Part shown: positions 29,397 to 38,322 of the stretch, piece after piece | Position numbering within the stretch: the first letter of the stretch is position 1 | How the letters are laid out: the number at the start of each line of letters is the position of its first letter | Assembly (NCBI GenBank): GCA_937876465.1 | Contig: CALEHV010000043.1 | Span: 3,198 to 67,197 of the forward strand | Direction of reading: 5' to 3' | Source of the DNA: an uncultured Bacillota bacterium | Lineage (GTDB): Bacteria > Bacillota_I > Bacilli_A > RFN20 > CAG-826 | Length of the DNA: 64,000 nucleotides | The notes under the pieces: generated by a model | What the model was told of the DNA's origin: nothing | The model's database searches: none | What the model saw: the letters and a program-made list of their open reading frames with translations, nothing else | Position numbers and translations under genes: made by a program

Positions 29397-31310
29397 ATGA
29401 TTAAAATAGACAAAAATTATGTTTCGCAATTTACAGAATACAATTGGTTGGCAAACAAAATGGATTCTTCTTTTGAAATTCCTATTAATGATGGAAAAAC
29501 TAAAATAATTTTTGGATTTAATGGGATAGGCAAATCTTCATTTACAAAATGCATGAGAGATAACAATTCTGATAATCTTAGATTTTTAGATTATGAGTCT
29601 ATTTTTGATGAAAACAAAAACGAAATAATTATTTCCCCATTTATTAAAGACATTAATGAATGCTTCACAAATCTTGTATCATTCAAAAATCAATTGAATT
29701 TTACAATTTTGAGTAAATCTCAAGGATACACTAAAACCAATGCTAACAAAGGACCTAGTTTTATGAAAGCGTTTGTTTCTTCGTCTTCTGCAAAAAGTGA
29801 AGCGGAAATTAAATGCGACGATACAACTTACCAAGCATTTTTAAATCGTAATAAAGAAATTACTCCAAAAGTATTATTCGATGTAGTAAAAGAACTTGAT
29901 TCTGTTACTGCATCTCAAGACGAACTAAACAATTATAATACTTCTAAATACAAAATGTTTTTAAATGAAAGTAGACAATATACTGATAATTTAAAAAATG
30001 AATGTCCAGTTTGTGGTTCAGTTTTTGATGATATTAACGCCTTGATTGATTCCAAAATTGCATCTTTGAAAGATTCTGAATCTAAGCTAGTAAAACTAAT
30101 GGAGGACAAAGGCTATAGTCATCAAACATCAGATATAGATAAATATATAAATTTATGTAATGAACTGAAAGCAGATCCAAAATTATTAAACGATTTTGTA
30201 ATATGCGGTAATGATTTATCACTTCATACAAATTTAAGTTCGATAATATCGAAAAAAACTCAAGAAGAAGCGAAATTAGCATCATTAGAATCTCAAAAAA
30301 CGGCGAAATATTTAGAAATTAAAAACAAAGAAAATCAGTTTAAAAATGATGTTTCTAAATATCTAAAAGTTCCAGTAACAAATATCCAATTTAACGATAG
30401 CAGCAAAGAAATTAAAATTATTTTAGATAGAGAAGCAAATAAATATTCTACTGGAGAAAGACATATTTTGTGGTTCTTAGTTGAGATTTATTCTTTTATC
30501 GGCAGTGATTCATCCACACTGATCATGGATGACCCGGCTTCTAGTTTAGACTTAATAAATATGTATAAAATAGGTTTTGAAATTGTTAAGTCTAGAAATT
30601 TTCAAAATAAGAATATAATTGTTTTTACTCATTCTACTGATTTAATTAATATCATCAATTCTCAAATTCCTGGCGAGTTTGATGTGTATTACATAGAGGA
30701 ATATAATTCAAAGTTGTTTTGTGATGAAATAGATTATAAGCAGCGTAACGACATTCCAAATATAATCACTATTGATAGATTGGAAGGAAAAACACCTAAC
30801 TTATTTAAATCATTGAAAGAACGTGAATCAGATCCGCTTTCACCCGAACACTTGGTTTATCATTATGGCTTAAATGAGCATCAGTCGCAATATGATTCTT
30901 CTCTTTCGAATACTTATTTAATTGATTTAATTGATAATTTTTCTTCTTTGCAAAAAACAGAATTTTACAATGATTGTTTTGAAAAGATTAAATATCTATT
31001 GGCAGTTAGAGTCTGGCTAGAGAAGAAATTATATAATTTGATTCCTTCTGTTGATTCTGTTAGAAAAACAGATTTTTTAACTAAAGATCAAACCATTCAG
31101 CACAAGATTAACAATCTCAAAAACGTTGGAAAATATGGTTCAGATTTATTTGCGGTTAATAATATCACACTTGAAACAATCACTTGTAAAAAAGTAATGT
31201 TGAATCAAAATCTACATTATTATAGTCAAGTACAGCCATTTGCATATGCTATGAACATATCATTAGATGATTTAAACGAAGAGATTAATGAACTAAAAGC
31301 CCTGTTTTAA
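29397..31310 (+). CDS. AAA_13-family ABC-type ATPase with coiled-coil insert and CxxC, RloC/PrrC-like (candidate anticodon nuclease)
   Basis: SD AAGGAGG. Walker A GFNGIGKSS, CPVCGS within a coiled-coil insert, signature-like STGERHIL, Walker B LIMDDPASSLD, H-loop VFTHS. C-terminal R-x3-E (RVWLE) and NQNLH resemble the PrrC/RloC triad. Confidence 0.6.
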   Translation: MIKIDKNYVSQFTEYNWLANKMDSSFEIPINDGKTKIIFGFNGIGKSSFTKCMRDNNSDNLRFLDYESIFDENKNEIIISPFIKDINECFTNLVSFKNQLNFTILSKSQGYTKTNANKGPSFMKAFVSSSSAKSEAEIKCDDTTYQAFLNRNKEITPKVLFDVVKELDSVTASQDELNNYNTSKYKMFLNESRQYTDNLKNECPVCGSVFDDINALIDSKIASLKDSESKLVKLMEDKGYSHQTSDIDKYINLCNELKADPKLLNDFVICGNDLSLHTNLSSIISKKTQEEAKLASLESQKTAKYLEIKNKENQFKNDVSKYLKVPVTNIQFNDSSKEIKIILDREANKYSTGERHILWFLVEIYSFIGSDSSTLIMDDPASSLDLINMYKIGFEIVKSRNFQNKNIIVFTHSTDLINIINSQIPGEFDVYYIEEYNSKLFCDEIDYKQRNDIPNIITIDRLEGKTPNLFKSLKERESDPLSPEHLVYHYGLNEHQSQYDSSLSNTYLIDLIDNFSSLQKTEFYNDCFEKIKYLLAVRVWLEKKLYNLIPSVDSVRKTDFLTKDQTIQHKINNLKNVGKYGSDLFAVNNITLETITCKKVMLNQNLHYYSQVQPFAYAMNISLDDLNEEINELKALF

Positions 31311-31363
31311 TCTTAAATAATTCATATGATTTAGGGACAAAGAGAAGTTAATACAATGTATTA

Positions 31364-31390
31364 AGAGGAGACAACAAATCTCCTCTTTTT
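31364..31390 (+). terminator. Rho-independent terminator after the AAA_13 gene
   Basis: AGAGGAGA / TCTCCTCT stem with a 7-nt loop, followed by TTTT. Confidence 0.75.
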
Positions 31391-31656
31391 AATATTAAAT
31401 AATACTAGTGATTTGATATTGAACTTATTAGATAAGGATAATTTTGTAATAAAGAGAGTATTTCTTGTTCCATCTAGAAAGAGTAAATGAGCCTTTTAAG
31501 TCACAGGACAATTTAATTATATTATTCTTAGACTAAAAGCTGGATTTAGAACAAAAACTGAATTAATTATGAGATTTCGCGACAAAATGGTAAGCGGAAA
31601 TAATAAAATTACTTTCAATATTCAAAGTGTTATAATACCGTTATGAGGTGTTTTCT

Positions 31657-33666
31657 ATGAACTATATTCCAACGTTAAATTTAAAAATAAAGCAGTTTAA
31701 AGATAGTTTTAATCTAAATCATTTACCTAATTCAGAATTATTTGAACGTTTTGTTAATCGTTCGCTTCTAGAACTTCACCAATCGTCATCAACTTCAAAA
31801 AGACCTAGTGTGCTTGACGCTGCTTCTACAGGTGGTAAGGACGATATGGGCATTGATGGTTTATTTATTTTGGTTAATAACATTGTCGTTACTTCTGTTG
31901 AAGAGATTCAAGCGCAAATTGAAGGAAATAAAAAAATTGATATTGATTTTGTTTTTATACAATCAAAATATCAGGACAAATATGATAGTGGCGAATTGGG
32001 GAAATTTTTAGATGGAATCATGGATTTTTTATCTGAAATTCATAATGAACCACATAATGAAAAAATTGACGACCTTATTAAATTAAAAGATTATCTTTTT
32101 TCCGATGAAGTTATGCTTAGTTGGTCTAGTTCTCCACGGGTCAAGTGTTATTATGCAATTTGTGGGGATTTAAGAAACGATGAACATTTTGAAGGAAAAT
32201 TAAAAAATTTTAAGGATTCTGTCTCTAAATTGAATAACTATTCCGATGTTTCAATTAAATGCTTAGGCGCAAGAGAGTTATTAAATGTTTGCAACGATAT
32301 AGAAAATTCTATAAAAGTTGTTTTAAATACCCTTGGTAGTATAGGATTTGATGAAACTGTTGGCGTCGATAATTCTTTAATGATTCTTTGTAGAGCTAAG
32401 GAGTTTCTGCACATTTTAGTGAATGAAGATGGTTTAATGAGAAGGTCTTTTTTTGATGATAATATCCGCGATTATCAAGGAAAAACTACAATTAATGAAG
32501 AAATAATGAGCACATTGATTAATCAACCATCATCATTTTTGTTGAGAAACAATGGGTTGACGATTGTTTGCAGTTCAATAACTCCAGTAAATAGAAAAAT
32601 AACATTAGAAAATCCTCAAATTGTAAACGGATGTCAAACCTCAAATGTATTATTTTTAGCACATAAAAATGGCATAAATTTAGAGGAAGTAACTTTAGCA
32701 ATAAAAATAATTGCTACAAAAGAGGCTGCTGTTATTAATACAATCGTTAAAGGAACAAACTCACAAAACATTTTGCCTTCATCATCCTTTGAAACAATTA
32801 AGCCCTTCCATAAAGAATTCGAAGAGTTTGTTTCATCAGTTCAATCCGATGTCAACAATCAAAACAATAAAATCTTTTATGAAAGACGATCAAATCAATA
32901 CTACCATGATAGTTCAATAAAAATATCTCGTATGTTTAGTTTGGATACACTTACAAAATCTTTTATTTCAGTTTTTCTAAGATCTCCTCACGATAATGTC
33001 CAATACATAACTAATTTGTTAGAAAAATATAGAAACCAAATCTTTTGCAACTATCACTCGTTTTACCCTTACTTTTTATCAGTACTAATGCTTTTGAATT
33101 TTGAAAGATATATGCAGGATGGTCTAATTGATAATTTGCATGATAAATTCAAATACCAAATTTTATACATTCTTGGCTATATAATGTCGGGGAATGTTGA
33201 CTTAAACATTAATTCTTATAAAGTTCAAAATACCTCGAAAGAAATGATTAAAACTTGCTTCGATTATGATAAGTATCTTGAATACTGTAAAAAAGCTATT
33301 AGTATATTTGAATCATGTAAAACAAAATGGATAGAATCATACGGGGCCAAGTTTGAAAGAGCGATTAAAGATAATAAAAATTTTACAAAATTTTTAATTG
33401 CATTTATCCATAACGACGATTTGGATAAAATTGAATTTGATGAAGATGAAGAACAATTGTTTTATGGTGTTGTTGTTCACGAAAAAGAAGACAAGACCGG
33501 CCTTCATTATGGATTCATTAGTGCAGACCCAGAAAATATTTTCTTTCACCAAAACGATAATCCTAATGTAGATTTTGCTAATATTATTCATAAAAAAGTT
33601 TTATATTCTGTTTTTTACGATTCGAGAAACGGCAAAAAGAAAGCAAAGATTTCAAAAGTTTTATAG
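31657..33666 (+). CDS. AIPR-family abortive infection protein with N-terminal PD-(D/E)xK-like region and C-terminal cold-shock/OB-like tail
   Basis: GAGGTG lies 6 nt before ATG 31657. Motifs DDMGIDG...FIQSKY, NNGLTIVCSS and IVNGCQTSNVL (AIPR hallmark). The tail FYGVVVHEKEDKTGLHYGFISADPENIFFHQ resembles a CSD. Confidence 0.75.
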   Translation: MNYIPTLNLKIKQFKDSFNLNHLPNSELFERFVNRSLLELHQSSSTSKRPSVLDAASTGGKDDMGIDGLFILVNNIVVTSVEEIQAQIEGNKKIDIDFVFIQSKYQDKYDSGELGKFLDGIMDFLSEIHNEPHNEKIDDLIKLKDYLFSDEVMLSWSSSPRVKCYYAICGDLRNDEHFEGKLKNFKDSVSKLNNYSDVSIKCLGARELLNVCNDIENSIKVVLNTLGSIGFDETVGVDNSLMILCRAKEFLHILVNEDGLMRRSFFDDNIRDYQGKTTINEEIMSTLINQPSSFLLRNNGLTIVCSSITPVNRKITLENPQIVNGCQTSNVLFLAHKNGINLEEVTLAIKIIATKEAAVINTIVKGTNSQNILPSSSFETIKPFHKEFEEFVSSVQSDVNNQNNKIFYERRSNQYYHDSSIKISRMFSLDTLTKSFISVFLRSPHDNVQYITNLLEKYRNQIFCNYHSFYPYFLSVLMLLNFERYMQDGLIDNLHDKFKYQILYILGYIMSGNVDLNINSYKVQNTSKEMIKTCFDYDKYLEYCKKAISIFESCKTKWIESYGAKFERAIKDNKNFTKFLIAFIHNDDLDKIEFDEDEEQLFYGVVVHEKEDKTGLHYGFISADPENIFFHQNDNPNVDFANIIHKKVLYSVFYDSRNGKKKAKISKVL

Positions 33667-33675
33667 TTTGTTTAA

Positions 33676-33903
33676 GAGATTCAAATTGCGTCCGATCTTT
33701 GTTTAGATGAAGAAAAATTAATTAAACCTGTTATTGATTATTATGTTTGTTCGTTGGTTGAAGCCAAATTACTCAACGGAAAAAGTTATTTAGTTGGCAA
33801 CAATAATAATAGATTGAATCCCCCAGATTACTTAATTAAGGAATTAATCGTAATAAAAAACAATCAATTACCAAAAAATACTATAGAAATTGCTACATAT
33901 TAA
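33676..33903 (+). pseudogene. Start-less 75-codon open frame, probable gene remnant
   Basis: Open frame EIQIASDLCLDEEKLIKPVIDYYVCSLVEAKLLNGK... without ATG or SD. A strong terminator follows it. Confidence 0.25.
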
Positions 33904-33929
33904 ATTTTTGATTGTTTTTGGCGATTAAT

Positions 33930-33957
33930 AAAGTTTCGATTTATCGAAACTTTTTTT
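33930..33957 (+). terminator. Rho-independent terminator
   Basis: GTTTCGA TTTA TCGAAAC stem-loop followed by TTTTTTT. Confidence 0.7.
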
Positions 33958-34046
33958 ATTAATGCCAGCAATTGCCATTACACAGAGGTTTTGTTCAAAA
34001 GTAATAAAAAAAGAGGATTTTTGCTATAAAAACTTCAATTTTCCTC

Positions 34047-34772
34047 TTAATTTATATAGATTCCGAACTTAAGATTATGCTTAGTCTTTCTGATGTAGTA
34101 AGGTTCCTGCTCAACAAGTATGTCCTTATCCATATTCTTGATGTCGCTGATGCTCTTACAAGTTCCTAATACAAAGGTTATATGATCTCTATCATGGATG
34201 ATCACTTTGGAGAAGATTTTCTTAAGCGGTATATCTTCTAATGAAGCAATCGTCTTAGTTAGTGGCATGATAGCTTTCTTAAATTGATACAAATAATCAT
34301 TAACTCCATTTGCGGTGGAGATCTCATTCTCTGGCATGACTTTTTTCTTATATAAAGGTTTTAGTTTCTGCTCATAAGCCTTATTAACATCTTTATAGAA
34401 TTCATCATCTATATCTTTATATTTATTAAACTTGGTTTGAAGCTCATTAATTTGAGCCATTATGCTTTCGATTTCTTGTTGCTTATAAATTACATTGTTT
34501 TTCTCTTCAAATGACTCTTCAAGTAATCTAATGAAGTTGTGCTTATTTACAATGATTCTATTCACTACCTTAATGGTGATAAGATCAACAACATCTAATG
34601 GCAGATCTTCATTTTTACATACTTTTCTCGATTTATTTGAGGCACAAACGAATATTCTAGATTCTGTCGGCTTGCTCCTATTGATTATCTTGAAATTATA
34701 GTTTTTACCGCATTTGCCACACATATAGAGACCGGAATAGATACTTTTATTAAAGCAGAGTTTTCCATGCAT
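34047..34772 (-). pseudogene. C-terminal remnant of a large serine recombinase (zinc beta-ribbon plus coiled coil; catalytic resolvase domain missing)
   Basis: SGLYMCGKCGKNYNFKIINRSKPTESRIFVCASNKSRKVCKN followed by a coiled-coil segment. There is no N-terminal resolvase domain and no coding continuation upstream. Confidence 0.55.
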
Positions 34773-35112
34773 TTTATTATTTTACCCATAATAACCCCGA
34801 AAGTTTTCACGCATTTGATAGAGAAAGATTTTATTCATTTATTTTAACTATAAAAAAGTATTCAAAAGAAAGTGCTAAATGGTATAGAAAAGATTACTTT
34901 TATAAAAGATTAAGTAAATATTTACGTAAAGAAGATATTGATTCTTATTGGAGTTCTTTTGTAAATATAAATGATTTTTTAAATTTGAACCCAATAGCAG
35001 TTGTTAAAAAGAATAGCGATATAATGCATGATTCATTAAAACCAATATATGAAATAAAGCATGTTGATAATGAAAAACTTTTATCATAATAAAATTTTTA
35101 AAATTCAATCTA

Positions 35113-35146
35113 ATAAAAAAGACCGGGTAAGCGGTCTTAGTTTTTT
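35113..35146. terminator. Bidirectional Rho-independent terminator
   Basis: AAGACCG ggtaag CGGTCTT stem-loop flanked by an A-run (35114-35120) and a T-run (35141-35146). It lies immediately downstream of the minus-strand gene that ends at 35149. Confidence 0.7.
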
Positions 35147-35148
35147 GG

Positions 35149-35418
35149 TTAATGTATTTTAACCATCATGGATTCCGGGACATCAAATTCAGCATCTCTA
35201 TCATTATTGTGATGCGAACATGATGGAATTATATACCAACTATTATCTGTTGAACCAACTTTTTTAACGTGTGCACCAAGCACCGCTTGTTCCATACAAC
35301 CATATACTACACAATAGTATGGCCAAGATTGTCCAGATTTAGCAATCCAGAAATCTTTCCAAGAGTTATATCCGTAAGCTACTCTGTCTGCGGAACCATT
35401 AATATTTTTGACTCGCAT
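35149..35418 (-). CDS. Small Cys/His-rich protein, HNH-like zinc-binding motif arrangement, function unknown
   Basis: YYCVVYGC...GAHV...IIPSCSHHNND. ATG 35418 behind AAAGGTGGTG is preferred over the GTG at 35433. Confidence 0.6.
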   Translation of the reverse strand: MRVKNINGSADRVAYGYNSWKDFWIAKSGQSWPYYCVVYGCMEQAVLGAHVKKVGSTDNSWYIIPSCSHHNNDRDAEFDVPESMMVKIH

Positions 35419-35439
35419 TACGTTTTTCACCACCTTTCC

Positions 35440-35522
35440 GGTCCATCTGCAATTTGCATTGCGTCTAAGGCCGTGGTAGGATATTGATGCTATAAGTCCT
35501 GTTTAGCCACGCTAGATGGGTC
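35440..35522 (-). promoter_or_regulatory. GC-enriched structured element in the 5' leader of the small Cys/His protein gene (candidate riboswitch-like or antisense RNA)
   Basis: A closing helix GGTCCATCT (35440-35448) / AGATGGGTC (35514-35522) encloses two hairpins. These are GCAAT-nnnn-ATTGC (35449-35462) and CGTGG...CCACG (35472-35511). The SD follows directly on the minus strand. Confidence 0.35.
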
Positions 35523-35688
35523 TTTTTTCTCTTTTTTCATTTTTTGTTGCCTTGAGACACTAATATAGTAAAATAAATGTATAAAAATTACAAGTTAAAT
35601 GTAAAAAAAATACGGATGAAGTGAAATTTTATTACAATAGATTTGCATTTTAAATTATTTTATTTATAATAAAGTTAGAGGTGATATT

Positions 35689-36798
35689 ATGTTAAGAAAG
35701 TTTACGGTTGAAAATTTTAAATCGTTCAAAGATAAGATAACATTTGATTTATCAAATCCAAGTAACTATAGTTTTAATGAATCATCCGTTCGAAATGGAA
35801 TCGTTAATAATGGTGCGATTTTTGGGATTAATGGAATAGGCAAGTCAAATTTTGGCTTAGCATTGTTCGATATTGTTAATACACTTACTGATAAATATAA
35901 ACAATTTAATTTTTATGATAACTTTATTAATTTAAATACAAATAAACCATTTGCTTTTTTTGAATATGAATTTTTATTCGACAACTCAATACTCATTTAC
36001 AAATATTCTAAGAGAGATGTTAATGAATTAGTTAGTGAATCATTATCAATCGATGGTAAAGAATTAATTTATTATGATTTTAGAGAGAATAAGGGCTTTT
36101 CAACAATTCGAGGCTCCGAAAACCTAATTTTAAACATGAAATCACTTAACTCGCGTGTTAAGTATATCTTAAATACAAATCTTCTTTCTGATAATGATCA
36201 TGTATCAAAAATATTGCTACAATTTAAGGATTTTGTTGATCGCATGCTTCTTTTCTATTCACTAAGAGATAATAATTTTATTGGGTATGCAGATAAAGGA
36301 GAATCGTTGTCTTCTATTATTATCAAAAAAAATAAAGTTAAAGAATTTGAAGATTTGTTAAACTCGCAAGGACTAAACCTTGAAGTTGTTGGTGCAAAGA
36401 CAGTTGATGGAAGGGACGAACTTTTAATTAAATATAAGAACGGGTTTGCAAATTTTTTCAAGGTTTGTTCCACAGGAATGTCAGCTTTAGCATTATTCTT
36501 TTCATGGTTAATTGAACTTGAAAATTGTTCATTAGTTTATATTGATGAATTTGATGCATTTTATCATTATGAATTAGCGGAAAAAATTATTGAAATTATA
36601 AAAAAACACAAAAAAACTCAAATTTTTGTTTCAACCCATAATACTGATTTATTAAGTAATGATCTTCTCAGACCAGATTGTTACTATATATTAACTTGTG
36701 ATAAATTAGAGTCATTAAACAAGTGTACAGAAAAAGAATTAAGACTTGCTCATAATTTACAAAAAATGTTTAAGGCCGGAGCTTTTACTGATAGATGA
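35689..36798 (+). CDS. AAA_15/AAA_21-type ABC ATPase (AbiLi / PARIS AriA-like)
   Basis: SD AGAGGTG. N-terminus MLRKFTVENFKSFKD. Walker A GINGIGKSN, Walker B VYIDEFD, STHNTDLL. Confidence 0.75.
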   Translation: MLRKFTVENFKSFKDKITFDLSNPSNYSFNESSVRNGIVNNGAIFGINGIGKSNFGLALFDIVNTLTDKYKQFNFYDNFINLNTNKPFAFFEYEFLFDNSILIYKYSKRDVNELVSESLSIDGKELIYYDFRENKGFSTIRGSENLILNMKSLNSRVKYILNTNLLSDNDHVSKILLQFKDFVDRMLLFYSLRDNNFIGYADKGESLSSIIIKKNKVKEFEDLLNSQGLNLEVVGAKTVDGRDELLIKYKNGFANFFKVCSTGMSALALFFSWLIELENCSLVYIDEFDAFYHYELAEKIIEIIKKHKKTQIFVSTHNTDLLSNDLLRPDCYYILTCDKLESLNKCTEKELRLAHNLQKMFKAGAFTDR

Positions 36799-37598
36799 AG
36801 AAATCGATGATTCTTATTGTTTATGAAGGGGAAAATAGAGAAGAGAAAATTTTTGAAAATCTAATTTCTATTTTCTTTTCGGGAAAGAATCAAGTTTTGA
36901 TTATTAAAGCTCCTGCCGAATCAAATATAATAATGCTATATAACAAACTTTGCGTTGATGAAGATGCCGATATTTTAGAATTAATCAGAGAAAGTTCAGA
37001 AAAAGGAGCCGAAATACTAAAAAATTATAAGAGAACTGATTTTTCGGAAATATATCTCTTTTTTGATTTTGATGAACACTCTAATAACGGAAAAGGTAAC
37101 AACCTTGAAGCTTTATCGCATATGCTTGAAAAATTTGATAATGAAACTGAAAACGGTAAATTATTTATTAGTTATCCGATGGTTGAAGCGTTAAGAGATT
37201 CAAATTTGCATAATTGTTTTACTTGTTCCAATGATTGCTTTATAAATAGGGCTGATTTTGGTAAATATAAAGAAATAAGTTCTCATAACAATTTAACGGC
37301 AAATTTTTCAAACTATAATTTCTATATATGGAAAACGCTTTCTAATTTTTATTTGAATAGACTGTGCTGTTTGTTGAAAATAAATAGGTTTGATTTTGAA
37401 GTACATTACAATATAGCAACTCAAATTAATATTTTCGAAAATCAATTAAAGGGATATGTTAATTCAGATAGTTGTTTTGTTTTGTCTTCAATACCAAATT
37501 TTCTTCTTACATATTCTAGAAAAAATTGGGATTCCTTGATAGGAAAGAAAAAAATGCCAAAGTTCGATAAATGCAAGAACAACAAAATTATTAGCTAA
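36795..37598 (+). CDS. RloB-like (TOPRIM-like) partner protein (AbiLii-like)
   Basis: ATGA overlap with the ATPase gene. ILIVYEGENREEKIF, FFDFDEH and ISYPMVEAL resemble RloB family motifs. Confidence 0.55.
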   Translation: MKKSMILIVYEGENREEKIFENLISIFFSGKNQVLIIKAPAESNIIMLYNKLCVDEDADILELIRESSEKGAEILKNYKRTDFSEIYLFFDFDEHSNNGKGNNLEALSHMLEKFDNETENGKLFISYPMVEALRDSNLHNCFTCSNDCFINRADFGKYKEISSHNNLTANFSNYNFYIWKTLSNFYLNRLCCLLKINRFDFEVHYNIATQINIFENQLKGYVNSDSCFVLSSIPNFLLTYSRKNWDSLIGKKKMPKFDKCKNNKIIS

Positions 37599-37631
37599 TA
37601 TAAAATTAATATTCTTAACTGTTTTCATTGT

Positions 37632-37932
37632 AGAATTAAAAATGCAATCCGCCGTTCTGATGTCTTTTCAGATAATGGATGCTCCGCCAGCCCTCAAAAA
37701 TTATCATGCATGGTTATATAAAAATGGTTTCGATATTAATTCGCCAAATCCAACCAATGCATTTGTATCTTCTTTTTATGGAAATATGTCATTGTGGAAG
37801 ACGAATTATTCACAGGGAATAGTCGTAAAAGTTGATGGAGATGATGATTATTTCATTGTTATGGAATGTAGTTCAAAGAATAAAGGCTATAAACATTCGA
37901 GAGTCGTTTTGACATTAGGCGGATGTTTGTAA
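37632..37932 (+). repeat. Direct repeat copy 1: 5'-truncated duplicate of the 3' two-thirds of gene 50143-50541 (a 96-codon ORF runs from 37642)
   Basis: The last 200 nt (37733-37932) are identical to 50342-50541. The first 100 nt carry about 9 mismatches. Similarity ends exactly at the stop codon. Confidence 0.9.
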
Positions 37933-38322
37933 AGGTTCACTGGTTTTAAATATTTTTCACATTAATTCACATACAAACTGCATTACCTGGTCAGATTATA
38001 ATGATTATAAAGGAATGAGCGGTTTGGGCTTTCCTAGCTAATTAAAAACATTAAGACGCAATACATCATTACTCAAGAAAACCCGCTTTGAAATGATGAA
38101 AAATTAGGTTTTTTTGCAAATTTAGAGATGGGTATTATTATTGAATTGTTGTTACAATACGCATCACTATGTTAAATAAAGAAAAAGACACGCATTTGCT
38201 TTACGTGTCTCGGCATTAATTCTTGATGATAGATTATTGAAATAGAAAACAAGAGTTGTAATATATTAGTGAGAAAAGATAACAGGGTAAGACTTTGTTG
38301 TTTCCATGAATAGGAGGATATT

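Noticed and set aside
31628-31636. An extended -10 box (TGTTATAAT) upstream of the AIPR gene, considered as its promoter.
   Set aside because: It would place the transcription start at or inside the SD (31645-31650). AT-rich sequence produces such boxes by chance, so I did not report it as a feature.
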